A stretch of 45,555 nucleotides of DNA, from contig NC_068995.1 in the NCBI RefSeq assembly GCF_001194135.2, positions 16,720,089-16,765,643 of the forward strand, in the 5' to 3' direction. Shown here in pieces: positions 34,901-45,555 of the stretch. Numbering within the stretch: the first letter of the stretch is position 1; the number at the start of each line of letters is the position of its first letter. This DNA is from Octopus bimaculoides. Taxonomy: Eukaryota. Made by a program: the position numbers and the translations under genes. Under the pieces are notes generated by a model. That model was not told the DNA's origin. It was given only the letters and a program-made list of their open reading frames with translations, and did not search any database.

Positions 34901-35934
34901 ATATTAAATATAAGAAAGCTACCTCGAATATCTTGTTTTTATTTTTAAAAATGGAAAGAAATAATGGTGAAATATAAAAATATATAGGGGGCCTCATATC
35001 CACATATTTCGAAAATACATATTTAGCCACCCAATATAGCTTTCAGCTAAATAGGGTGAGAATCGAATCGACTGGTTTCGATTAAAAACTCGTCAGTCTT
35101 CGCTCACCCCGGCCTTACTAGCTACCGAAAGAAAGTAGCCTAGAGCTACTTTTGGAAAATGTAAGCAAGATAATGTCTAACATAATCTATATTGCACAAA
35201 CATACAAACTTTTAGGTTGCATATTACTGCAGTACCAATATGGCATTGTTATGAATAAATATGTATACAAAATTCATTAAAATTTGTTTAATGAATATAA
35301 ATATTCATTAAACTTAAGTAAAATCACATATTTCTAACCCCTCTTTTTCGAAAAAAATTATGATTATGTTCCCTCAAAAATCATGCAGATGTTTGATCGG
35401 TAGACAGACAACTTACAGATAGGACATTTGTGTGGAATAGTGCAGAGTCCTGTTGTTAGACATAGGGTGTTCCAGCAGTCACCCTCCTCCAGGCACTTGA
35501 CGTAGGCCTCTGTGTTGAGTCTGAGGCAAACTGTCTGTCGGCGAATTGTCTGTCGGCGAATTGTTTGTCGACGAAGTATCTGCACAAGGTTTGATCTCTT
35601 GACCAGGAGTTTACTTCCCGGGGTTTATGAAATGGGTTTTTCTCTGCTTTCTCTTTTTTGTGTCTATGGTGTTTTATGCATTCCTGAACTTGTTTTGTGT
35701 ACAACACTGAAACTGAGTAAGGAGGATTTTTATCTCTAAGTGGGTTGTACGCACGTGACTGAATGACAGCATGGACACAATTGCATTGGATCATTACATA
35801 TAGATATGACACTCCTTTGCGAGAACTGGATTTTCAGCATAGCATGCGGTTCCAGGAGCTCCATATAGATGGCTACGAGGGGTTCTCGGTTTTCGATTGC
35901 TCAGATTGAGTGTATCGGCAGGATTTATATTTTA

Positions 35935-36297
35935 CCTTATACTTGCTTCAGTCATTAGATTGCAGCCATGCTGGGTAAAAGCACTGAAGAATTTTTAGTC
36001 GAATGAATCGAACCATAGTACTTTCTTTTTAAGCCTCGTATTTATTATATCGATGTAAACATACCAACGCTGGTTGTGAAGCGGTGGTAGGGACAAACAC
36101 GGACACAATGACACAAACACACAAACACACACACACATACATATCTATATACAACGAGCTTCTTTCAGTTTTAGTTTACCAAATACACTCACAAGGCTTT
36201 GGTCCGTCGGAGGCTATAAGACACTCCCTCAAAGCTACACGCAGTGAGCCTGAACCCGTAACCATGTGATTGGCAAGCAAGCTTCTTATCACACAGC
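35935..36297 (-). mobile_element. SINE family B, diverged
   Basis: cttcagtcattagattgcagccatgctgg; gcttctttcagttttagtttaccaaat; tgaacccgtaaccatgtgattggcaagcaagcttcttatcacacagc. Confidence 0.85.
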
Positions 36298-36299
36298 TG

Positions 36300-37100
36300 A
36301 TGCTTTGGACTTAAAGGTATAGACAATTTTCTGAATCCTTGTTATGCACTGTTGGTTCTGAACGTGAAAAGGGCTGAAGTCGGCAAGCTTAGACTAGTGG
36401 CCCATATGCAGCAATTAGCATGGACGCCCTAACAGTTTTCATCATAATTTGTTAGGTCTTCAGATATCTATAAATACTATTGTGAACGGCTTGCTTATTA
36501 GAACTAATGGGAACTAGAATAGTATCTTAGACGCACACTAGGACGGAATAGGCGTATCAAGAAAGAATTTGCTATAAAATCTTCCCAATCTTTCCATGAT
36601 TTTTGCCATTATCCCTTTTGTCTTCATCGTTTGATGAAAAGACTGCGAGGAGGAACTTGAATGCAGAGGCAGGCAACCATACGTCTACGCATGTGTCTTT
36701 ACTTCTATAGTTTGTTGGCATTGCATTATTTCTCTAATAGCATATTTTATTATTTCATTCAAATTTAGGTTTTAAATAACATTCATTTTTGTGTTCTTCA
36801 TTGTACAATTGTGTTAAAGCTTAAAGAGTTCTCCCGGTGTAAATGGTTTTTTTCATAGTCAGTTGTTTTTCTTTTTATATTCTGTATAATATTGGAGCTC
36901 ATGCTTGTCATTATTGAGAGCATATTAACTGATTTAAGATTGAGGATTTTGCTAGCACCAGTGCAGCAAGTAACATATCATGCTACTTCTGAAATGGCAA
37001 TCATGCAACACGTATGAATATTGGAAGTTGTTGTTTGGCAAAGTTTTATAAACAATTAAAAATATCTGAAGGCAAACCTTTCATCTACCGCAGATAATGA
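36300..37100 (-). mobile_element. Highly decayed R4-like LINE, pre-RT region
   Basis: ASKILNLKSV and GVHANCCIWATSL resemble the ASKLLGLKS and pDGvh.yW.K.ltsL motifs. Many stops. Confidence 0.35.
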
Positions 37101-37389
37101 GGTAAATTCTGGAAAAGAAATGAACTGATAGAATACAATAAAAATTAAAAAAATCACAAAAAGAAATGTCTTTTACTAAAATTAAGCAAAACGCTTACTT
37201 TTTCATTTGATAATCCTGTTAAAAATGATTTTATTCGGAGATCTGACATAGACGCCTGCTCATTTTAGCATAAAATCACAGTAGCATTGACGATGTCGAC
37301 GACGACGATGATGGTGATGATGATGATGATGGTAGTGATAGTGATGTTGGTTCTGATGATAACAATCGGTTTGACCACGGAACAGAAGC

Positions 37390-37860
37390 TATCGTAATGA
37401 ATCAATATTAGAAGATTTTATGGGATTTCTGCATGGAAACTGATCATGCTGGCGAAGCAAGGAGACCAGATATGATCGTAGGAAAAAGAAAGAACGAACA
37501 ATATAAAACCGTTGAGCTTGAAAATCTCGTACGCTAGAGAAGTGGATATCAGAAAAGTGAGAAATATCAGAATCTAGTCAGATCGACAAAGAGATTCTTA
37601 AGCAACCCTTGTATCCCGCCATGGACAATTGTTCTTGTGCTAAATGGGTATGTACACGGCTGAGTACCCAAAACACTGCCTAAAAAGAATTGAGACAAGT
37701 ATTGTTGACTTTAAAAAAAGTGCCATTCAATATTCAGCAAAAATTCTCCTCTAAAGGCCCTTAAGTCTTGAGAAGACATGCCACAAGCAAAACTCAGTAC
37801 TATACCTGTAAAAGTTAAATAAATTAGCATGAACTATCTTTTCTATAATAATAATAATAA
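37390..37860 (+). mobile_element. RLE endonuclease 3' fragment of an R4/NeSL-like LINE with (ATA)n tail
   Basis: KILWDFCMETDHAGEARRPDMIVGKRK, SEKYQNL, VPKTL, KKSAIQYSAKIL; tail ataataataataa. Confidence 0.75.
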
Positions 37861-37864
37861 CGAC

Positions 37865-38080
37865 AATCCTTTCTATTGGAAACACAAGGCTTCAAATTTG
37901 AAGGAAGGGATTAAGTCGATTGCATCGACCACAATGCGTAACTGATACTTATTTAATCGACCCCGCAAGGATGAAAAACAAAGTCGACATTGACGGAATT
38001 TAAACTCAGAACGTGCAGACAGACGAAATGTCGTTTAACATTTTGCCCGGCGTGCTAACGATTCTGCCAGCTCGCCGCCT
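37865..38080 (-). mobile_element. SINE family C copy
   Basis: gtcgattgcatcgacc..aagtcgacattgacggaatttaaactcagaacg..cggcgtgctaacgattctgccagctcgcc. Confidence 0.85.
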
Positions 38081-38459
38081 TAATAATAATAAAAATAATA
38101 ATTAATTCTACGGAAAAATAACAAGGTAAGAGTTTACAGTATCGTAATAGAGCGAATGCTTTTCCAAGCATACACTGTAAAAATATCGAAAAAAAAAAAC
38201 GTTGATGTCTGAAATATCGTGTATGGTACACGGAACAGGAGTAAAAACATGTTGCTCAAATATCATTTTCATGGGGATTCGGGTTAAAAAAAAATCATCT
38301 GTTGTATATATCAATCACACTAAGAGACAATATAGCTCCAATAAAAGCATAGAAAATTTATATAAATATAAAAGACTTGAAAATAGATGTATCTATAATG
38401 TTGGAGCAGGAAAAAATTACTGAATAAATCCACACACGCAAATATATATGTATACACGA

Positions 38460-38530
38460 ACACACTCATACACTCACACACTCATACACTCACACTCATA
38501 CACTCACACTCATACACTCACACTCATGCA
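38460..38530. repeat. 14-bp minisatellite (cacactcatacact) x ~5
   Basis: Direct reading. Confidence 0.85.
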
Positions 38531-39410
38531 CTTATATACATACAATCTTACACACGTACATATACCTCAGGCATCACAAAATATATGACGGCATGGACAA
38601 ATGTAGAATAGTTATTTCAGTATTAACAGATATATGTACACAACATGCCTAAAAAAATAGAGATTTTGCACCACTGTATGTATATTACGTACAACACTAA
38701 ATCTACTGTTACAAAAAAAAAAAAGAACAAAGTTAAAATAACTCAACGGCGCATTGATATACAACAAAAAAACGCATAGAAATAAGGCAAATAATTTCCT
38801 TCATCTCCATCTCCTCTTCCTCCCCCTCCTACTTCTCATCTCAACAACACTCACCACCACCACCACCNNNNNNNNNNNNNNNNNNNNNNNNNNNNNNNNN
38901 NNNNNNNNNNNNNNNNNNNNNNNNNNNNNNNNNNNNNNNNNNNNNNNNNNNNNNNNNNNNNNNNNNNNNNNNNNNNNNNNNNNNNNNNNNNNNNNNNNNN
39001 NNNNNNNNNNNNNNNNNNNNNNNNNNNNNNNNNNNNNNNNNNNNNNNNNNNNNNNNNNNNNNNNNNNNNNNNNNNNNNNNNNNNNNNNNNNNNNNNNNNN
39101 NNNNNNNNNNNNNNNNNNNNNNNNNNNNNNNNNNNNNNNNNNNNNNNNNNNNNNNNNNNNNNNNNNNNNNNNNNNNNNNNNNNNNNNNNNNNNNNNNNNN
39201 NNNNNNNNNNNNNNNNNNNNNNNNNNNNNNNNNNNNNNNNNNNNNNNNNNNNNNNNNNNNNNNNNNNNNNNNNNNNNNNNNNNNNNNNNNNNNNNNNNNN
39301 NNNNNNNNNNNNNNNNNNNNNNNNNNNNNNNNNNNNNNNNNNNNNNNNNNNNNNNNNNNNNNNNNNNNNNNNNNNNNNNNNNNNNNNNNNNNNNNNNNNN
39401 NNNNNNNNNN

Positions 39411-39482
39411 GGGGTCGATTTGTTCGACTAAAAAAGGTGGTGCTCCAGCATGGCCGCAATCAGATGACTGAAACAAATAAAA
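39411..39482 (+). mobile_element. SINE family B 3' end (rest in gap)
   Basis: ggggtcgatttgttcgact..ggtgctccagcatggccgc..atgactgaaacaa. Confidence 0.85.
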
Positions 39483-39623
39483 AACAATTTATCCCCTGGA
39501 TTTAGTAAAGGGTCCGATTCCAAATTTCGAGATCATTATCGAAAACAGCCGTCACCTGAACAGAACCAGAGCATGCAACGGCCGAGACAAGCGGGTGGAA
39601 CATACAATACACACAGAAGCACG

Positions 39624-39665
<42 letters not shown>

Positions 39666-40464
39666 CACAAATACATACAAGTACCGCATACATGTTTGTA
39701 TGTTAGTTCATGTGCGCGTTTGTCTACGCATGTATGTATGCCTGTGTGTATGCATACACACAAAGAAACGAAGTAAAATTTGTAAATACATGCAAACAAC
39801 CTATAAATACATCTAGTGTAACACAAAAGTCATTAAAACCCGTTTTAAATCCAAGATAATTTAGACGGTACACTATTGAGAAGAGTAAGAGAATGAGTGA
39901 GAGTGAAAAAGAGAGGAAGGAGGAAGAGTGTTCATCTAACTAGATCGAAAGGAAATATATATTCTGTATCACTACTCTTAAAAAATGTATACCTCTTTAT
40001 CTATCTATATACATTACAACTTCAGCTCAAGCGAGCAATGGGCAAACATAATAATGTACAATGTGGAGCATACAAGGATATGATCTGGGATTTCGGTGAG
40101 AGTGAAAATATTCAAATGGCTCCACTTTGTGAGTTGACGGACTTATTTGGATATAATTTGAACTATTTGCTTTCAAATAAAGTGTTACAGTGAGATTGAG
40201 GATTATTTTATCTCTAGTGTTTGTGAAGTTGGGATGGTTATGCTTTGTTTTTGATATACCTAAAATGTTTTTGCATCACCTCTTTTCCCTTGTATGTATT
40301 ATACCTGAAAATACTCACACAGACATACACGCACACACATACACACATACACGCACACACATGCACACACACAGGCACACAAAGACACACACATGTTTAT
40401 GGTTTTTGCTCTTTGCTTGTCCAGTTGGTACATGGATCCCATGTAAAATATAATCTCACACAAT

Positions 40465-40675
40465 GATGGCGGCGAGCCGGGCACAATCGTTAGCACGCCG
40501 GGCAAAGTGTTTAGCGGCATTGGGCCCGTCTTTATGTTCTAAGTTCAAATGCCACCGAGGTCGACTTTGCCTTTCATTCTTTCGGGGTCGATAAAATAAG
40601 TACCAATTCAGAACTGGGATCGATGTAATCAACTTGTCTCTTTCTAGATATCACTGGCTTTGTTAAAATTTTAAA
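40465..40675 (+). mobile_element. SINE family C copy
   Basis: ggcggcgagccgg..atcgttagcacgccgggcaaagtg..aagttcaaatgccaccgaggtcgactttgcc. Confidence 0.85.
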
Positions 40676-40998
40676 CCAATATTAAACAATAATTTATATT
40701 CATGATGCATTGTCAAAATTCCCTTAATGAAGGATAAAGTGTATTAGCATCACCTGCATTCATCAAATTACCGAATAAAAATCAATGCATATGTATATGT
40801 GAGCGAGTGAGTGTGTGTGTATGTGTGTGTGTGTGGGGGGGGGCAAATGTGCGATGCGTATATATGTGTACGATAGTGGTTGTGAGAAACTCTGAATAAT
40901 GATCTTTGAAGTCATAGCCCTAAATATACACACAGACACACACACTCACGCACACACACACTTACGCACACACACAAACACACACACACGCACACACC

Positions 40999-41059
<61 letters not shown>

Positions 41060-41063
<4 letters not shown>

Positions 41064-41212
41064 GCGTGGCTATGTGGCAAGAAGCTTGCTTCTCAGCATA
41101 TGGCACCTGGTTTAGTTCCACTGCGAGGCACTTTCCGCAAGTGTTTTCTACTATGGACTCGCGCCGACCAAAGCCTTGTGGTTGGATTTGACAGACGAGA
41201 GCTCGTCGTATA
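41060..41212 (+). mobile_element. SINE family B, 5' half
   Basis: caggcgtggctatgtggcaagaagcttgcttc..gttccactgcgaggcac..gccgaccaaagccttgtg..ggatttgacagacg. Confidence 0.85.
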
Positions 41213-41453
41213 CATAAATAAATATATAATATTGATATGTATGTAACCGTTTAGACTAATGGGTTTATGTCAGTTAGTGTACTGAGGAAAGCACGTTCAC
41301 AGTTTGGGTTACCTGGTGTCATCTGTGGTTCGGGTATATCTCCGCTGGAACTACTTCAGGAATTCTGCAATATGAGCTGTGATAATATTAATTGATTTGA
41401 TAACAATTGAATAAAGACTAGTGACAAATTTATCTTTCGTTTCCTTGATCAGT

Positions 41454-41518
<65 letters not shown>

Positions 41519-42344
41519 NNNNNNNNNNNNNNNNNNNNNNNNNNNNNNNNNNNNNNNNNNNNNNNNNNNNNNNNNNNNNNNNNNNNNNNNNNNNNNNNNN
41601 NNNNNNNNNNNNNNNNNNNNNNNNNNNNNNNNNNNNNNNNNNNNNNNNNNNNNNNNNNNNNNNNNNNNNNNNNNNNNNNNNNNNNNNNNNNNNNNNNNNN
41701 NNNNNNNNNNNNNNNNNNNNNNNNNNNNNNNNNNNNNNNNNNNNNNNNNNNNNNNNNNNNNNNNNNNNNNNNNNNNNNNNNNNNNNNNNNNNNNNNNNNN
41801 NNNNNNNNNNNNNNNNNNNNNNNNNNNNNNNNNNNNNNNNNNNNNNNNNNNNNNNNNNNNNNNNNNNNNNNNNNNNNNNNNNNNNNNNNNNNNNNNNNNN
41901 NNNNNNNNNNNNNNNNNNNNNNNNNNNNNNNNNNNNNNNNNNNNNNNNNNNNNNNNNNNNNNNNNNNNNNNNNNNNNNNNNNNNNNNNNNNNNNNNNNNN
42001 NNNNNNNNNNNNNNNNNNNNNNNNNNNNNNNNNNNNNNNNNNNNNNNNNNNNNNNNNNNNNNNNNNNNNNNNNNNNNNNNNNNNNNNNNNNNNNNNNNNN
42101 NNNNNNNNNNNNNNNNNNNNNNNNNNNNNNNNNNNNNNNNNNNNNNNNNNNNNNNNNNNNNNNNNNNNNNNNNNNNNNNNNNNNNNNNNNNNNNNNNNNN
42201 NNNNNNNNNNNNNNNNNNNNNNNNNNNNNNNNNNNNNNNNNNNNNNNNNNNNNNNNNNNNNNNNNNNNNNNNNNNNNNNNNNNNNNNNNNNNNNNNNNNN
42301 NNNNNNNNNNNNNNNNNNNNNNNNCAGAGTAGAAAAGATAGCAG

Positions 42345-42425
42345 AAACCACTTTTACAAGTGGCCTCGCAGTGGGACGGAACCGTGAATCTTGTGGTTGG
42401 GAGGAAAACTTCTTACTAAACTCCC
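42345..42425 (-). mobile_element. SINE family B head fragment
   Basis: cgcagtgggacggaaccgtgaatcttgtggttgggaggaaaacttcttac. Confidence 0.7.
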
Positions 42426-42426
42426 A

Positions 42427-42497
<71 letters not shown>

Positions 42498-44319
42498 ATC
42501 TATCTATCTATCAGTCTGTCTGCCTGTCTGTCTATATATGTAACTGTGAGTAAGTGTGTGTGTATGTGTGTGCATGTGCGTGTATGTGTGTGCAAGTAAG
42601 TAAAAATCTGTATGCGTTTGTGTGTATGCATGAAAATTTAATATCGCTTTACAGGATCATTTACACAAAGGAGAAATTATTCGGTTCATAACAAACTTTC
42701 TAGAAAAGAAAATGGCAAATCAGCACCTGGCATCTTAAAATACAATATCTAAAATTCTATTTGTGTAATTCATTAAAATTAAAAGCAATGCAGCCAAACC
42801 AGGCTCTCCATTGAAATCTCAAATCCTTGTTTTTCTTTCTAATCTCTCATATTTATCGTTACCTTTACCCATTTCCTCCTTTCTCTCCACCACTTTTTCT
42901 GTCACTCTTTCTTTTTCTATCTTTCTTCTCTCTTATTCTCTCTCTCGTTCTGTCTCTTTCTTTCCCCTCTCTCTCTCTCTCTCTCCCTCAGTCTCCCTCA
43001 TCAAAATATATACACAATGATCAAGTCAAGAGTAAATTCTGCAGTATCGACTGCAGTAAATTATTATCATCGTCATAATAATGTTGATCCCCATCTACNN
43101 NNNNNNNNNNNNNNNNNNNNNNNNNNNNNNNNNNNNNNNNNNNNNNNNNNNNNNNNNNNNNNNNNNNNNNNNNNNNNNNNNNNNNNNNNNNNNNNNNNNN
43201 NNNNNNNNNNNNNNNNNNNNNNNNNNNNNNNNNNNNNNNNNNNNNNNNNNNNNNNNNNNNNNNNNNNNNNNNNNNNNNNNNNNNNNNNNNNNNNNNNNNN
43301 NNNNNNNNNNNNNNNNNNNNNNNNNNNNNNNNNNNNNNNNNNNNNNNNNNNNNNNNNNNNNNNNNNNNNNNNNNNNNNNNNNNNNNNNNNNNNNNNNNNN
43401 NNNNNNNNNNNNNNNNNNNNNNNNNNNNNNNNNNNNNNNNNNNNNNNNNNNNNNNNNNNNNNNNNNNNNNNNNNNNNNNNNNNNNNNNNNNNNNNNNNNN
43501 NNNNNNNNNNNNNNNNNNNNNNNNNNNNNNNNNNNNNNNNNNNNNNNNNNNNNNNNNNNNNNNNNNNNNNNNNNNNNNNNNNNNNNNNNNNNNNNNNNNN
43601 NNNNNNNNNNNNNNNNNNNNNNNNNNNNNNNNNNNNNNNNNNNNNNNNNNNNNNNNNNNNNNNNNNNNNNNNNNNNNNNNNNNNNNNNNNNNNNNNNNNN
43701 NNNNNNNNNNNNNNNNNNNNNNNNNNNNNNNNNNNNNNNNNNNNNNNNNNNNNNNNNNNNNNNNNNNNNNNNNNNNNNNNNNNNNNNNNNNNNNNNNNNN
43801 NNNNNNNNNNNNNNNNNNNNNNNNNNNNNNNNNNNNNNNNNNNNNNNNNNNNNNNNNNNNNNNNNNNNNNNCACCACCACCACCACCACACCACCACCAC
43901 CACCACCACCACCATCGTCAAGAATAGTTATGATATTAGCAAGAAGAGTTCACAAGAGGATTGCTTAATCTAAAGAAACACCGGAATGGTATCTAAGAAC
44001 AGGAAAAAAAACAACATATATATAGTAAATAAATACATAACAAATAAAAAAAAAGAAATCACTACCAGCCAGCATAACTTTACCAGCAAGACGAACACCA
44101 TTAACAACAAAAAGACAACAAAAATAAAAATAATAACAACAACAACAACGGCAACAAAGCCACTACAACAACAGCTACCACGATAACCACAACAGGAGCA
44201 ACAAGTATATGTGGATATGGGAATTAATTAGGAGGTGGTTTATAAAACATCAAACTATATTTATTTGGGAGCTTCATCCGTAAGAATATTTCCCAATACC
44301 ACGCACGCGTAGAGACACA

Positions 44320-44950
44320 TGCGCACGCGTGCACGCACACATACATACCCACGTACACACGTACACACATAGACTCACATACCCACGTACACACTGACAC
44401 ACAGGCACACACAGAGAAACACAAGCGCGAAATCATGTACACACACACAAACAAACTCTACATTCTACACATCTACACATTTACACACATCGCGTGCGCA
44501 TACTGCACACGCGCAAGCATATACGCGCACCTTGAGACACTCGTATATACGTATGTATGCATCACATATTTTATCATGATTGATAAATGGGATAAAAAGG
44601 AAAATCATTCCAGAGAAAGAGAGAACATACATACATGCATATATATATATATATATACAGTTACCTATATATATATATATAAGTATAATATGTATATATA
44701 TATATATATATATATATNNNNNNNNNNNNNTATATATACATATATATATATATAATATACATATATGTGTAGTTAGAAGTAAATATATATGCGTGTGTAT
44801 CTATATTTATATATTATATTTATATATGTGTGCGTGTATATACATACATGTATATATATATGTATATATATTATGTATGTGTAAATATATATTTATATTT
44901 TATGCATGTGTGTGCGTGTATATATATATATATATATATATATATGCGAG
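44320..44950. repeat. (CA/CG) and (TA)n low-complexity tract
   Basis: Direct reading. Confidence 0.9.
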
Positions 44951-45555
44951 TGTGTTTGAAGGAAGAGTAAGCAGTGTTTATAAGAGAGTATATGGAGTGA
45001 ATAAAGAAGAGAAATGAATAATATTTCTGTGGGTCTGAAAGTTCTAACGTAGTAGATATGATAAAAATAACTTTAAAAAGCAAAATTAACAGTAAGCGGC
45101 CCATCCGATACTATGAACAACACAACGCCTTAAACCTTCTCCTGGTACCACTACCACATAAAAAAAACAAAAAACAAAAAAAACAATAACAGCAACAGCA
45201 ACAACACTGCCGTCTCCGTCGATGCTCTCTGAACTAATCAAACAAATAAGGAAGTTGAAGTGAGATTGTAGGATGGATACTGAGGAGTAGAAAAAAATCC
45301 CCCAGAAACGCATTTAAGAAATACAGCATACGCAGAGGGGTAAACGCAATACAGAGATACATAGACTGAGAGGCGCACTCAAATACACGCACACACATAC
45401 ACATACACGCACACACACACACACATGCACACATGCATATATAGATACACACTCTTGTGTATAAACACGCAGTTTCATTATTTCAACTTCCATTTTTAAG
45501 ACTGAAGAATGAAAAAAATATTCTTGCATCCTGTTGAAGATTATTTTCTTTACCC

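Noticed and set aside
38460-38530. CRISPR-like or spacer-repeat array (also 35525-35584, 25162-25207)
   Set aside because: Direct tandem repeats without unique spacers, eukaryotic context and no cas genes.
45086-45313. Hydrophobic minus-strand ORF as the receptor's signal-peptide exon
   Set aside because: The hydrophobicity comes from (GTT/TTTG) low-complexity sequence, and there is no convincing phase-1 donor.

Overview
Eukaryotic, AT-rich, repeat-dense draft sequence with about 4 kb of N gaps. It is mostly intronic or intergenic. Nearly all ORFs in the supplied track are microsatellite or gap artefacts. The SINE families and microsatellite load resemble an octopus (cephalopod) genome; this is recognition only and was not database-checked. 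Contents: (1) about 20 copies or fragments of three tRNA-derived SINE families; (2) several decayed R4/Dong-like non-LTR retrotransposons (RT plus restriction-like endonuclease), one 5'-truncated dead mariner and some Tc1/pogo-like ends; (3) a chain of minus-strand candidate exons (13.3 kb to 0.6 kb) whose spliced product aligns by eye to the LIVBP-like/ANF_receptor amino-terminal domain of ionotropic glutamate-type receptors, but is very divergent; (4) four unrelated type I hammerhead-ribozyme motifs (1-46 +, 11132-11182 -, 12308-12392 -, 20815-20860 +), all with a palindromic minimal helix III as in Penelope-like elements and retrozymes. One carries a compensatory G3:C8 core swap inside a ~90-bp foldback. 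The two minus-strand motifs lie in sense orientation on either side of one candidate receptor exon. No rRNA, intact tRNA, CRISPR array or prokaryotic features were seen. All protein and RNA assignments come from manual reading, not from searches.
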